A stretch of 63,089 nt of DNA, filler included, from Deltaproteobacteria bacterium (lineage in GTDB: Bacteria > JACQOV01), in NCBI GenBank assembly GCA_016202395.1. It is 4 parts of 4 records of this genome, joined end to end, with 100 filler letters (N's around TTAATTAATTAA, not from the genome) between each part and the next. Parts side by side here need not be neighbours in the genome. Positions count along the whole stretch, not along the records: positions 30,471 to 46,804 come from JACQOV010000048.1; 3 more parts are not named here. One strand, 5' to 3'. Positions 36,148-45,141 of the stretch are shown piece after piece. The translations under genes were made by a program, and so were the position numbers. How positions within the stretch are numbered: position 1 is the first letter of the stretch; every line of letters begins with the position of its first letter. The notes below the pieces were generated by a model. The model was not told the DNA's origin and made no database searches. It saw nothing but the letters and a program-made list of their open reading frames with translations.

Positions 36148-37518
36148 TTAATCCAAACTGCATAATGAAGACTGGCCTTCACAAAAAAAGAGCTGGGGGC
36201 TTAAGCTGGATCCTTGATTCTGCATCTCTGTAACCCGATCATGTAGATCTCCTGTTTTTCCATCACCATCATGATCCGATTCGCTTCCTTGTGTAAAATC
36301 CTCTGTTCCAGAATCGAACCCTTGCCCACCATAAGCACCGTGATCTACATCCACTGCTGTAATTAAGGTTAATCCACAATGGTTGTTACAAAAATCGGAG
36401 AGGCTTGTACCCAATATAGGCGCCTGATTTTGTGTGATGAGCCCTCCACTGTAACAGGCATCGATAAAGATCGTCACCTTGACGCAAGCGGGAAGCCTTC
36501 CAAGGATATCCAAAAGGCGATTGTAAAAAACCACCTGCCCCACGTCCTCCCCATCCTTGGGATACAAGGCAAATCCAAAGGTATCCCCATGAGAGGCGAC
36601 ATAGATGAAAAACTCATGACAAAAACAGGCCCCCAAATTCTCACAGCCGATAGCGCCAAAGTACTCAATAAAACGCTCCAAGGTGTTCTCAAAAGAGGTA
36701 TTTTCAGGAGAGTCAAAAGCGGTTTTGTCATTCCCCCAGTACTGACTGCGACGTGTTACCGTGAAACCGCTGGCCTCTACATAGGAAGCCATACTGTCGG
36801 CATCTTCTGCCATATTGTCCGCCAGAGAAGATTGGAAGAAATAACCTCGCGCTTCCCCTCCATCGACCACCAACGCCTGTTTCCGACAGTTTCCCTCTAC
36901 CTGAGATCGGAAAAGGGTGAGGCCAGCATCCACGGCCGTGGTTCCATCATCGGTCGGAATATCATCCACATCCTCGGGATCGCCGGCCCCATCCCCTGAG
37001 GCAAAATCAAAGGTGACATCACCGACCGTTCCCGAGGCTGAATAGCTGAAGGGTTGCGGTGCCTCACCCGGACGTTGAATAATCATGGGGAACGAAGCCT
37101 CTGCGACATCGCTACTCCCATCATCCACGTTGAGCCAGGCATATCTTACGACATGAGCGAATTTGAAATCAGGGTTATCATCGATAAAGAAGGTATAATA
37201 AGTTCCTGAAGAGCTTGGCACCTCCAATTCAACCGCAGTATCGGTGTGACCTTCTGGAAGATTCTCTTGGAGAAGAGTTCCTGAAGGAACAGGTCCTACC
37301 ACGATAACTTTCGCTGTTGTCTCAATAGTCATATCCTCTAGCAATAAACTCGCTGCCTGTTGGACCTCTGTTGACAAGTCTTCCAGCGCGTTTTCTTCAT
37401 TTCCATCCCCTTCATCGCTGCTATCACTAGCGCATCCCTTCGTGAAGAGACCAACAGATAAAAATCCTCCCATCAACATTAAAATGAATGGGATCCATTT
37501 TCGATTTGTCTTTGGCAT
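36148..37518 (-). CDS. Lipoprotein with a clan CD (caspase/legumain-like) peptidase domain
   Basis: TKGC lipobox-like signal; FIYVASHG and IFIDACYSGG His/Cys dyad motifs. Confidence 0.7.
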   Translation of the reverse strand: MPKTNRKWIPFILMLMGGFLSVGLFTKGCASDSSDEGDGNEENALEDLSTEVQQAASLLLEDMTIETTAKVIVVGPVPSGTLLQENLPEGHTDTAVELEVPSSSGTYYTFFIDDNPDFKFAHVVRYAWLNVDDGSSDVAEASFPMIIQRPGEAPQPFSYSASGTVGDVTFDFASGDGAGDPEDVDDIPTDDGTTAVDAGLTLFRSQVEGNCRKQALVVDGGEARGYFFQSSLADNMAEDADSMASYVEASGFTVTRRSQYWGNDKTAFDSPENTSFENTLERFIEYFGAIGCENLGACFCHEFFIYVASHGDTFGFALYPKDGEDVGQVVFYNRLLDILGRLPACVKVTIFIDACYSGGLITQNQAPILGTSLSDFCNNHCGLTLITAVDVDHGAYGGQGFDSGTEDFTQGSESDHDGDGKTGDLHDRVTEMQNQGSSLSPQLFFCEGQSSLCSLD

Positions 37519-37554
37519 GATTGTTGCCTCCTTGCGCTTTGCTATCTATCGATT

Positions 37555-38559
37555 TTAGGTGTTCTGACTCCATCGAACACTCTGCTCGTTGACAGGTTGA
37601 ATAATCCCGCGTTCCGTAATAATTCCTGTAATGAGTTCATGGGGGGTGACATCGAAGGCGGGGTTATAAATTCGCACGTTTTTAGGAGCGGTTTGCCTGC
37701 CAAAGCCTCTCGAAATTTCGTCGGGATCTCTTTGCTCAATTGGAATTTTTTCTCCCGAAGGAAGGGATAAATCGAAGGTCGTGCTCGGAGCCGCCACATA
37801 AAATGGGATTCCATGATGACGAGCTAAAACAGCCAACCCATAAGTCCCAATCTTGTTCGCCACATCCCCGTTGGCCGCGATCCGATCGGCCCCCGTAATC
37901 ACTAAAGAGATTTTTTGGTCCAGCATCACGTGGGCCGCCATCCCATCACAGATCAAAGTGACATCGATCCCCGCGCTGGACAATTCCCATGCGGTCAATC
38001 GAGCCCCCTGAAGCAGGGGGCGAGTCTCATTGGCATACACACGAAATGAAATCCCCCTCTCATGAGCCAAATAGATGGGAGCGGTCGCTGTTCCCATCCC
38101 CCCTGTGGCAAGCGCCCCTGCGTTACAATGGGTCATGACAATGCTGCCGGCAGAGATTAAGGGAAGAGCGTTTTCCCCAATGGCCTTACACATGGCTGCA
38201 TCTTCCACATGGATGGCGCGGGCCTCTGTTAGCAATCTGTGAGGATCTTCACTTTCAAGATTCTTCATCCGCTCTAAAGCCCAGAACAGATTAACGGCTG
38301 TGGGGCGGCTGGTCGACAAATATTCTATCGATTCTTTTAAATTTCCCGAACGAGCCCCCAACACACAACCGTAAGCTGCAGCCACCCCAATAGCCGGAGC
38401 TCCACGAACACGGAGGCGTTTAATGGCATCCCAGACAGCAGCCACATCGCTACAATCCAAATGGGTCAGTACATCCGGAAGTTGGGTTTGATCAATGAGA
38501 CGGAGACAACCTTTTTCGGCATCTCCAATCCACTCTAAAGTTTGAGGATAAGGACTCAT
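37555..38559 (-). CDS. mtnA: S-methyl-5-thioribose-1-phosphate isomerase
   Basis: VRGAPAIG, RPTAVNL, THCNAG, ETRPLLQGARLT, ANKIGTY, NPAFDVTP. Confidence 0.95.
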   Translation of the reverse strand: MSPYPQTLEWIGDAEKGCLRLIDQTQLPDVLTHLDCSDVAAVWDAIKRLRVRGAPAIGVAAAYGCVLGARSGNLKESIEYLSTSRPTAVNLFWALERMKNLESEDPHRLLTEARAIHVEDAAMCKAIGENALPLISAGSIVMTHCNAGALATGGMGTATAPIYLAHERGISFRVYANETRPLLQGARLTAWELSSAGIDVTLICDGMAAHVMLDQKISLVITGADRIAANGDVANKIGTYGLAVLARHHGIPFYVAAPSTTFDLSLPSGEKIPIEQRDPDEISRGFGRQTAPKNVRIYNPAFDVTPHELITGIITERGIIQPVNEQSVRWSQNT

Positions 38560-38674
38560 ATCTTGGGGTACATGTTATCGAATACGAGGGTTTAAACGCA
38601 AGCCCGCAAGAGGATCCGCTTTTTGACAAACAAAAAAGGGGGGATTATAGTCATCCCCTTGTTAGGGATCGAAG

Positions 38675-40783
38675 ATGAAAAGCCTCTATAAAGAAAAACA
38701 AGCTCAAGAATACATCGCAAAATATCCCTGGATACCTCCAGAACTCGCTCTAAGAATCTACACCTCTCACCTCATCGGCCAAGACACAGACTTGGTGCTC
38801 CATGGAGGCGGGAACACCTCGGTAAAAAGCCGAATTAAAAACATTTTGGGGGAGGAGTTGGACGTTCTTTATGTCAAAGGGAGCGGATGGGATTTATCCA
38901 ACATCGAACCACAGGGTTTCCCCGCGCTGGATTTAGTCTATCTCAAGAAACTTCGCGATCTCTCTTCCCTAACCGATGAAGAGATGGTCAATCAGTTGAG
39001 GACACACATGATGGATTCCTCCTCTCCCGATCCCTCGGTGGAAGCTCTGCTCCATGCATTCCTGCCTCATCGATTTATTGATCACACCCACGCGGACGCC
39101 ATTTTAATTTTAACGAATCAACCGGAGCCGGAAAAAAAGATCCGGGAGGCTTTAGGCGATTCGATAGCCATCCTTCCCTATATTATGCCCGGTTTTCCTT
39201 TGGCTAAAGCGGTTGCAGAGGCCTATGAGAAAAATCCCGGCGCAGAAGCCATGGTTTTGATAAAGCATGGCCTTTTCACCTTCGCCAACGATGCCAAAAC
39301 CTCCTATGAAAAAACGATTGAATATGTGGATCGAGCCGAGAAATACATCCACAAAATGGTTGGGAGTAAATCGTTGGTCCACGCAACGCAAAAAACGGTT
39401 TCTCTCGATATTTCTAAAACGGCTCGAGTGTGTCAGGTGATTCGAGGAGCGCTGGCTCATCGGAATGAGGCCGACCGACTTTGCCGATGTGTGCTCGAAG
39501 TGCGAAACACTCCCGATCTCATTGAAGCCTCTCAATCGAAAGAGGCTTTAGATCTCTGTTCCACGGGAGTTTTAACTCCTGATCATATCATCCGAACAAA
39601 AAATAATGCGGTCTGGATCGATTCTATTCCAGAACAGGACGCCTCTCTAAGAGAGTATGTCCATAGTAAAATAGAGGGCTTCAAGGCTCAATACGACAAA
39701 TATTTTGAGGCCCACACGAAACTAAAAGGGTTGCAAGGAAAAAAGAGGAGATTGGATCCTTATCCACGAGTTTTTCTGGTAGCTGGAGTCGGAATGATTT
39801 CCGCCGGTTTGACTCGAAAGGAGGCTCTTATTGCCGCGGATATTGCGGAACATACTCTTCGGGCCAAGCTCAAGGCTTTCGCCATGGGAAAATACCAATC
39901 CCTTCCAGAAACGGATCTCTTCGACATGGAATATTGGGTATTAGAACAGAAAAAGTTGGGACAATCCCGCCCCCTTCCCCTTCAGGGGCAAGTGGCCTTG
40001 ATTACCGGAGGGGCTGGAGCTATTGCGTTCGGCGTTGCTGAAAAACTTTTATCCTCGGGGGCCATCGTTGTCCTGACCGACATTTCATTAGACCGATTGG
40101 AAAAAGCGAAAACAAAATTGGCTCAAAAATATGGGAAACTCCAGGTTGAAACTTTAAAAATGGACGTGACGAATCTAAAATCCGTTCAAGAAACCTTTGA
40201 AAAGATCTCCTTAAAATTGGGTGGAATCGACATCGTGGTCCCCAACGCGGGAATAGCCCATGTGGAAGAGCTGGAACACCTCTCTCAAGAGAGCCTCCAA
40301 AAAGTAATGGATGTCAATTTCACCGGAGTTTTTACAACGATCAAGGTGGCAGCCGATCTCTTTCGACGGCAGGGAACAGGAGGAAATATTATTGTGAATA
40401 GTTCCAAGAATGTTTTCGCCCCCTCGGAATCCTTTGGAGCCTACAGTGTCTCCAAAGCAGCGGCTCACCAACTTTCAAAAATCGCTGCCATGGAGCTATC
40501 CAAAATTTCTGTTCGAGTCAATATGATTAATGCCGATGCCATTTTTGGCAATGAAGAGATCCCGTCCGGTTTGTGGCAAGAGATCGGGCCCGAGAGGATG
40601 AAAGCTCGAGGTCTATCGGCTGACGAATTGAAAAATTATTACAGGGATCGCAATCTTCTTAAGACAGAGGTTTTGGCAGAGCATGTGGGGAACGCGGTCG
40701 TTTTCTTTGCGACCGAGCAAACCCCCACAACCGGATCCACGCTCCCTGTGGATGGAGGGATTCCAGCCGCTTTCCCACGATAA
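38675..40783 (+). CDS. Bifunctional class II aldolase/short-chain dehydrogenase
   Basis: HGGGNTS, PSVEALLH, HTHAD, TPDH, then TGGAGAIA and YSVSK SDR motifs. Confidence 0.9.
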   Translation: MKSLYKEKQAQEYIAKYPWIPPELALRIYTSHLIGQDTDLVLHGGGNTSVKSRIKNILGEELDVLYVKGSGWDLSNIEPQGFPALDLVYLKKLRDLSSLTDEEMVNQLRTHMMDSSSPDPSVEALLHAFLPHRFIDHTHADAILILTNQPEPEKKIREALGDSIAILPYIMPGFPLAKAVAEAYEKNPGAEAMVLIKHGLFTFANDAKTSYEKTIEYVDRAEKYIHKMVGSKSLVHATQKTVSLDISKTARVCQVIRGALAHRNEADRLCRCVLEVRNTPDLIEASQSKEALDLCSTGVLTPDHIIRTKNNAVWIDSIPEQDASLREYVHSKIEGFKAQYDKYFEAHTKLKGLQGKKRRLDPYPRVFLVAGVGMISAGLTRKEALIAADIAEHTLRAKLKAFAMGKYQSLPETDLFDMEYWVLEQKKLGQSRPLPLQGQVALITGGAGAIAFGVAEKLLSSGAIVVLTDISLDRLEKAKTKLAQKYGKLQVETLKMDVTNLKSVQETFEKISLKLGGIDIVVPNAGIAHVEELEHLSQESLQKVMDVNFTGVFTTIKVAADLFRRQGTGGNIIVNSSKNVFAPSESFGAYSVSKAAAHQLSKIAAMELSKISVRVNMINADAIFGNEEIPSGLWQEIGPERMKARGLSADELKNYYRDRNLLKTEVLAEHVGNAVVFFATEQTPTTGSTLPVDGGIPAAFPR

Positions 40784-40785
40784 AC

Positions 40786-41166
40786 TCACAGAGGCTCCTC
40801 TTTCCCCAGCCAGACCGATTCGCGTTCAAACTGTTTCATCCATTCTTCATATTCGAGGGGAGCCAGTTTGTTGTCCTTAATAAATCCCTCAAAAACTTGG
40901 AGTAATTCGAGAGCCTGTTCTTTATCGGAGATTCTTAAAAACCAGATCCCTTGGAGTTCCGTTTCTAAAACTCCCAAACTGACAATCACATCAATGGGAG
41001 CCTCTTCTTCGAGCTCAGAGAAATCAATCTGGTCGATACGATCCATCCATTGGGAGACCTCCAGGCGCGCTTGTCGAAATCGAAGTGTCATAAAAACAGA
41101 GATCGCAACAATAAGAGCGACAAAAATAATCAATGAAGCGATAAGACCTTTTCTTTTATTGGGCAT
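40786..41166 (-). CDS. Hypothetical membrane-anchored protein
   Basis: AGGAGG SD; N-terminal TM helix. Confidence 0.6.
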   Translation of the reverse strand: MPNKRKGLIASLIIFVALIVAISVFMTLRFRQARLEVSQWMDRIDQIDFSELEEEAPIDVIVSLGVLETELQGIWFLRISDKEQALELLQVFEGFIKDNKLAPLEYEEWMKQFERESVWLGKEEPL

Positions 41167-41174
41167 AACTCCTC

Positions 41175-42251
41175 CTAAAAAAGAGGGATTTGAACGCCTC
41201 CTGAGTATCGGAAAGCCGCAACAGAAAGCCTCGGCCCCCCATTCTCGATGCCAACTCGATGGCAAGAGATCTCAAAAAGAGAATCGATTTGCCGAGCAAA
41301 AATCCCTTCCCCCTCCATCCGAGAACCAAAATGGGAATCATTCAATCTCCCTCCCCGAATTTCCCGAATTCGATTTAAGACTTTCTCCTTTCGCTCCGGG
41401 CGATGCTGGTCTAACCATTTCTCAAAAAGAGGGGCAACGGCATGGGGAAGCCGAACCAGGGTATAACTCGCGTGACGCGCTCCCGCTCGAGCCGCTGCGG
41501 TAATAATGGCAGGAATTTCATGATCGTTAAGCCCTGGGATCACCGGAGCCGTCATCACCCCCACAGGAACTCCCGCTTGTGAGAGTTTTTCGATCGCCTC
41601 AATCCGACGGGGAGGGCTCGAGGTGCGAGGCTCCATCGCTCGGCGAAGCTCTTCATCTAAGGTGGTGATCGAAAGGAAAACCGCGACCGCATGATGGCGG
41701 GCCAATTCCGCGAGCAGATCGACATCACGAGTGACAAAAAAATTCTTCGTGATAATGACTACAGGGTTCCGAAACTCGGCAAGCACTTCCAAACACTGAC
41801 GCGTAATTTTCAAACGCCGCTCGATCGGCTGATAGGGATCGGTCACACCACTCATCGCAATCGCTTGAGGCCTCCAATTCGGAGCAGAGAGCTCCTTCTG
41901 CAAGAGTTTTGGCGCATCCTCTTTCACGAGGATCTTCGTCTCAAAATCAAGCCCTGCCGAAAAGCCGAGATACTCATGAAACGGCCGCGCGTAGCAGTAG
42001 CTGCAACCATGTTCGCAGCCCCGATAAGGATTGATGCTTACTTCGAATCCCACATCGGGGCTATTGTTGTAACTGAGGATCGATCGGGAGGGATCTCCAA
42101 AATATTCGGTCTTCGGCGCAGGCGCCTCCCCAGAATCGATTTGAAGATCCGGATCCGCTTCGTAGTGAAGCTTCTCGAATCGGTTGGGGAGATTTTCAGA
42201 GACCCCACGCCCTCGAGTCAGTTCTGGCAATAAATGTAGGGCCCGTTCCAT
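41175..42251 (-). CDS. PA0069-family radical SAM protein
   Basis: NPYRGCEHGCSYCYARP, TDPYQPIE. Confidence 0.92.
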   Translation of the reverse strand: MERALHLLPELTRGRGVSENLPNRFEKLHYEADPDLQIDSGEAPAPKTEYFGDPSRSILSYNNSPDVGFEVSINPYRGCEHGCSYCYARPFHEYLGFSAGLDFETKILVKEDAPKLLQKELSAPNWRPQAIAMSGVTDPYQPIERRLKITRQCLEVLAEFRNPVVIITKNFFVTRDVDLLAELARHHAVAVFLSITTLDEELRRAMEPRTSSPPRRIEAIEKLSQAGVPVGVMTAPVIPGLNDHEIPAIITAAARAGARHASYTLVRLPHAVAPLFEKWLDQHRPERKEKVLNRIREIRGGRLNDSHFGSRMEGEGIFARQIDSLFEISCHRVGIENGGPRLSVAAFRYSGGVQIPLF

Positions 42252-42330
42252 GGATAGCTCGATTCTACCACACCGATGAGACTTGGACGAGGTCCTCTGG
42301 AGGTGATAAGATCAGAAAAGGAGAACTTAA

Positions 42331-43512
42331 ATGAAATGGCACTCAACCCTATCGCAAGAAGCCGACTTAGAGAAAGCGATGGCAGAGTCCTTCCAACAGA
42401 TCCACACGCAACTCTCGGAAGATCCAGATCTTGTGGTGATTTTTGTCTCCGAACACCACGCGAAAAAATTTGACCAGGCCCCTGTCTGGCTCGCGAAACA
42501 GTTCCCCAAAAGCCTTCTCATCGGTTGCTCTGCCGGGGGCGTTATTGGCGGCGGCAAAGAGATTGAAGGGAGGCCAGGATTCTCCTTGACAGCAGCGACG
42601 TTACCCAACGTAGAACTGATCCCATTTCGAACAGAATCGAAGCATCTCCCTAAGTCGGTCACTGCGCCGCAAGAGTGGGAGAAAGCTCTCCATACCCCTG
42701 AAAAAAAGAACCCCCATTTTCTTCTCCTGGCTGATCCGTTCACTTTTGAAGCGGAATATTTTTTACAAGGACTCGACCAAACCTTTCCAAAGGCCAAAAA
42801 GATTGGGGGTCTAGCCAGTGGAGGCCGAGGACCTGGAGCCAACGTTCTTTATCTCGGCGATAAAATCTACCCAGAAGGCCTCGTGGGGATGGCGATGTGT
42901 GGGGACATCGAAATAGACACCATTGTGGCTCAAGGCTGCCGCCCGATCGGGATGCCGATGTTCGTGACCCGATTTCAAAAGAATGTAATTACGGAACTCG
43001 ACGGTCGCCCTCCAGCCGAGGTTTTGCAGGCGTTGTTTCAATCACTGGGCCCCTCGGATCAACAGCTTTTTCGCACCTCGTTGTTTCTGGGAGTCGTGAT
43101 GAAAGAATCGCAACAAGAATACCATCAAGGGGATTTTCTGATTCGAAATCTAGTGGGGATGGATCCCAACACGGGGGCTCTTGCGGTCGGAACGTTGCTA
43201 AAAGATGGAATGGTGGTTCAGTTTCACCTGCGAGATGCTAAAACCTCCGCGCAAGATCTGGAGGAACTCCTCTCGAAGTACAAAAATCAATTGACGGCTC
43301 AGCCTCAAGGTTCTCTGTTGTTTTCCTGCCTAGGACGTGGGGTTCATTTGTACGGAAAGCCGGATCATGACACCAACGTTTTCCGTCAAAAGTTGGGAGA
43401 TATCCCTCTGGGTGGATTTTTCTGCAATGGAGAGATCGGACCGGTGCAAGAAACCACATTCTTGCACGGCTATACCAGTTCCTTTGGCATCTTTCGACCC
43501 AAGAAAGGATAG
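42331..43512 (+). CDS. FIST N/C domain protein
   Basis: IGCSAGG, GGLASG, VAQGCRPIG, FSCLGRG, GFFCNGEIGP. Confidence 0.92.
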   Translation: MKWHSTLSQEADLEKAMAESFQQIHTQLSEDPDLVVIFVSEHHAKKFDQAPVWLAKQFPKSLLIGCSAGGVIGGGKEIEGRPGFSLTAATLPNVELIPFRTESKHLPKSVTAPQEWEKALHTPEKKNPHFLLLADPFTFEAEYFLQGLDQTFPKAKKIGGLASGGRGPGANVLYLGDKIYPEGLVGMAMCGDIEIDTIVAQGCRPIGMPMFVTRFQKNVITELDGRPPAEVLQALFQSLGPSDQQLFRTSLFLGVVMKESQQEYHQGDFLIRNLVGMDPNTGALAVGTLLKDGMVVQFHLRDAKTSAQDLEELLSKYKNQLTAQPQGSLLFSCLGRGVHLYGKPDHDTNVFRQKLGDIPLGGFFCNGEIGPVQETTFLHGYTSSFGIFRPKKG

Positions 43513-43689
43513 GGCACCTCTAAAAACTATGTTCGTCACGAAAAAACAGGATCTGAGCCGAGACAAGGAAGATGAACAAAAAGCCCGCAAACGTAGCCAA
43601 AGTGCTACGTTGAGGACTTTTTGTGAAATCTGACGCAGTCGCAGGCCAGAGCCTGTTTTTGCAGTAGAAGATAGTTTTTGGAGGTGCCC
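43512..43689. mobile_element. 178-bp MITE family A, copy 1
   Basis: TIR GGGCACCTCTAAAAACTA / TAGTTTTTGGAGGTGCCC; GATA duplicated on both flanks. Confidence 0.92.
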
Positions 43690-43697
43690 GATAGGAT

Positions 43698-44858
43698 CTA
43701 TTCTTGCAACTGATACACCTTCATCTTCACATTCGAACTCCCCGGTCCCAAACCAGCCCCCGCTTCCTTTCGACCATACGCCACGTAAATTTGATCCCCC
43801 ACAACCTCCACCGTCGGATGATTTGCAAGCTCCCCAGAATCGGTCGCTTTCACCTCAGCTAACGGATTCCAGTTCGAATCAAACACCTTCAACATCACGG
43901 TGCCGATCCCTAAATTCCCCCCTTTCCCACAGTGAGGCAAGTAAGATTCAGGATCGTTGACCAGATAGGTCACGTAATATTTTCCATTCGAATATCTCAA
44001 ACCGGTCGGATAGTATTCGATGTGCGGAGCGTGGGTCAGTTTTTTCTGAACCCCGGCATAAGTCCAATCCGGCCTAAACTGAAAAACGAAAAGATCGTTG
44101 TTGGTGGTAGCATCGGCTTGAGGACACAGAGGTTTTCCAGAAACGTGAACAGCCGTGACCAAATGGAACGAGCTGTTTTGAAACAAGATACTGGGGACAT
44201 TGCCTAAACCCAAAGCGAGCCCTGCGCCCACCTCTTGGGGACCCCAGACAATATTCAGACCGTCATCAAAGCCACGAATCCGAAAACTCTGATCCCCTTT
44301 GCCGTAGCCAATCTTTGTGCTCACATAAACTTGATGGTTGGCCACCACAATCGCGGGATCATCTAAGGCCTCGACCCCTTTTCCGGGAAGCCCCGCGGTA
44401 GCCACCTCTCGGGAGAGGAGTCGGTTGAAGGAAGTGTTGTATTTTTCAAGGAAGAGGCTCCTCCCCTGGGGAGTGGCCTTTTCATAGGCAATAAAAATAG
44501 ATCGGCCATCGCTCGTGAGACGAATGTCGGTAACGCCCCCCTTGTTGTCACTCGTCACCAACACTTTCTCAACGCCCGTGGGGTTCATCTCCTTGTCGAG
44601 AACCTTGAGCCGAAAACTCCCTTGTTCTGACGAAGGAGCTCCCAACCCTTTTCTTTTTATCCCACTCGCTTGGGTGTAAGTATCGCGATAAACGATGTAA
44701 AATTGGCTGTTCCGATAAAGAATCTCAGGCCTCGCCCCTCCCCCTTCCTCGGTGCGGGTCACTCGATCCACCGATTGAACCAGTTTTAATTCTGCACTTT
44801 GTGTCAGTGAAATGGCTAAAAAAATTAGAGAAAAAGTGACAATCAATAATCTCTTCAT
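43698..44858 (-). CDS. Secreted hypothetical protein (beta-propeller-like)
   Basis: AGGAGG SD, signal peptide, repeated P-x-I...Y-x-x-Y blades and LKVFD motifs. Confidence 0.7.
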   Translation of the reverse strand: MKRLLIVTFSLIFLAISLTQSAELKLVQSVDRVTRTEEGGGARPEILYRNSQFYIVYRDTYTQASGIKRKGLGAPSSEQGSFRLKVLDKEMNPTGVEKVLVTSDNKGGVTDIRLTSDGRSIFIAYEKATPQGRSLFLEKYNTSFNRLLSREVATAGLPGKGVEALDDPAIVVANHQVYVSTKIGYGKGDQSFRIRGFDDGLNIVWGPQEVGAGLALGLGNVPSILFQNSSFHLVTAVHVSGKPLCPQADATTNNDLFVFQFRPDWTYAGVQKKLTHAPHIEYYPTGLRYSNGKYYVTYLVNDPESYLPHCGKGGNLGIGTVMLKVFDSNWNPLAEVKATDSGELANHPTVEVVGDQIYVAYGRKEAGAGLGPGSSNVKMKVYQLQE

Positions 44859-44934
44859 AATCCCTCCTAAGTAAATCATACCTCTAAGACCCCTCCCCTG
44901 GCAAAAAGTTCATGTAGCGAACACCCCTCAAAAC

Positions 44935-45074
44935 GTCATCCCGCGCAAGGTTCTTATTGTCATTCCCACGGTCTTTCTTCGTCATCCCCGTGAAAACGGG
45001 GATCCATGTCATCCCCGCGAAAGCGGGGACCCAGTCTTATGAATGTTACTGGATCCCCCCTTCCTCGGGATGAC
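44935..45074. repeat. Cluster of GTCATCCCCGCGAAAGCGGG-type REP units
   Basis: Four GTCAT(C/T)CC starts and a terminal inverted GGGATGAC; same family as the core of 1411-1541. Confidence 0.85.
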
Positions 45075-45141
45075 GCAGGACATTGACAAGCTGGAATTGA
45101 TTTGAAAGACTGGGCTTCGAAATAAGCAAGGGGGGGCTCCC

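Noticed and set aside
43330-43633. Repeated small ORFs MRAFCSSSLSRL... (also 55667-55849)
   Set aside because: They are read out of MITE A copies antisense to real genes, with no coding support.
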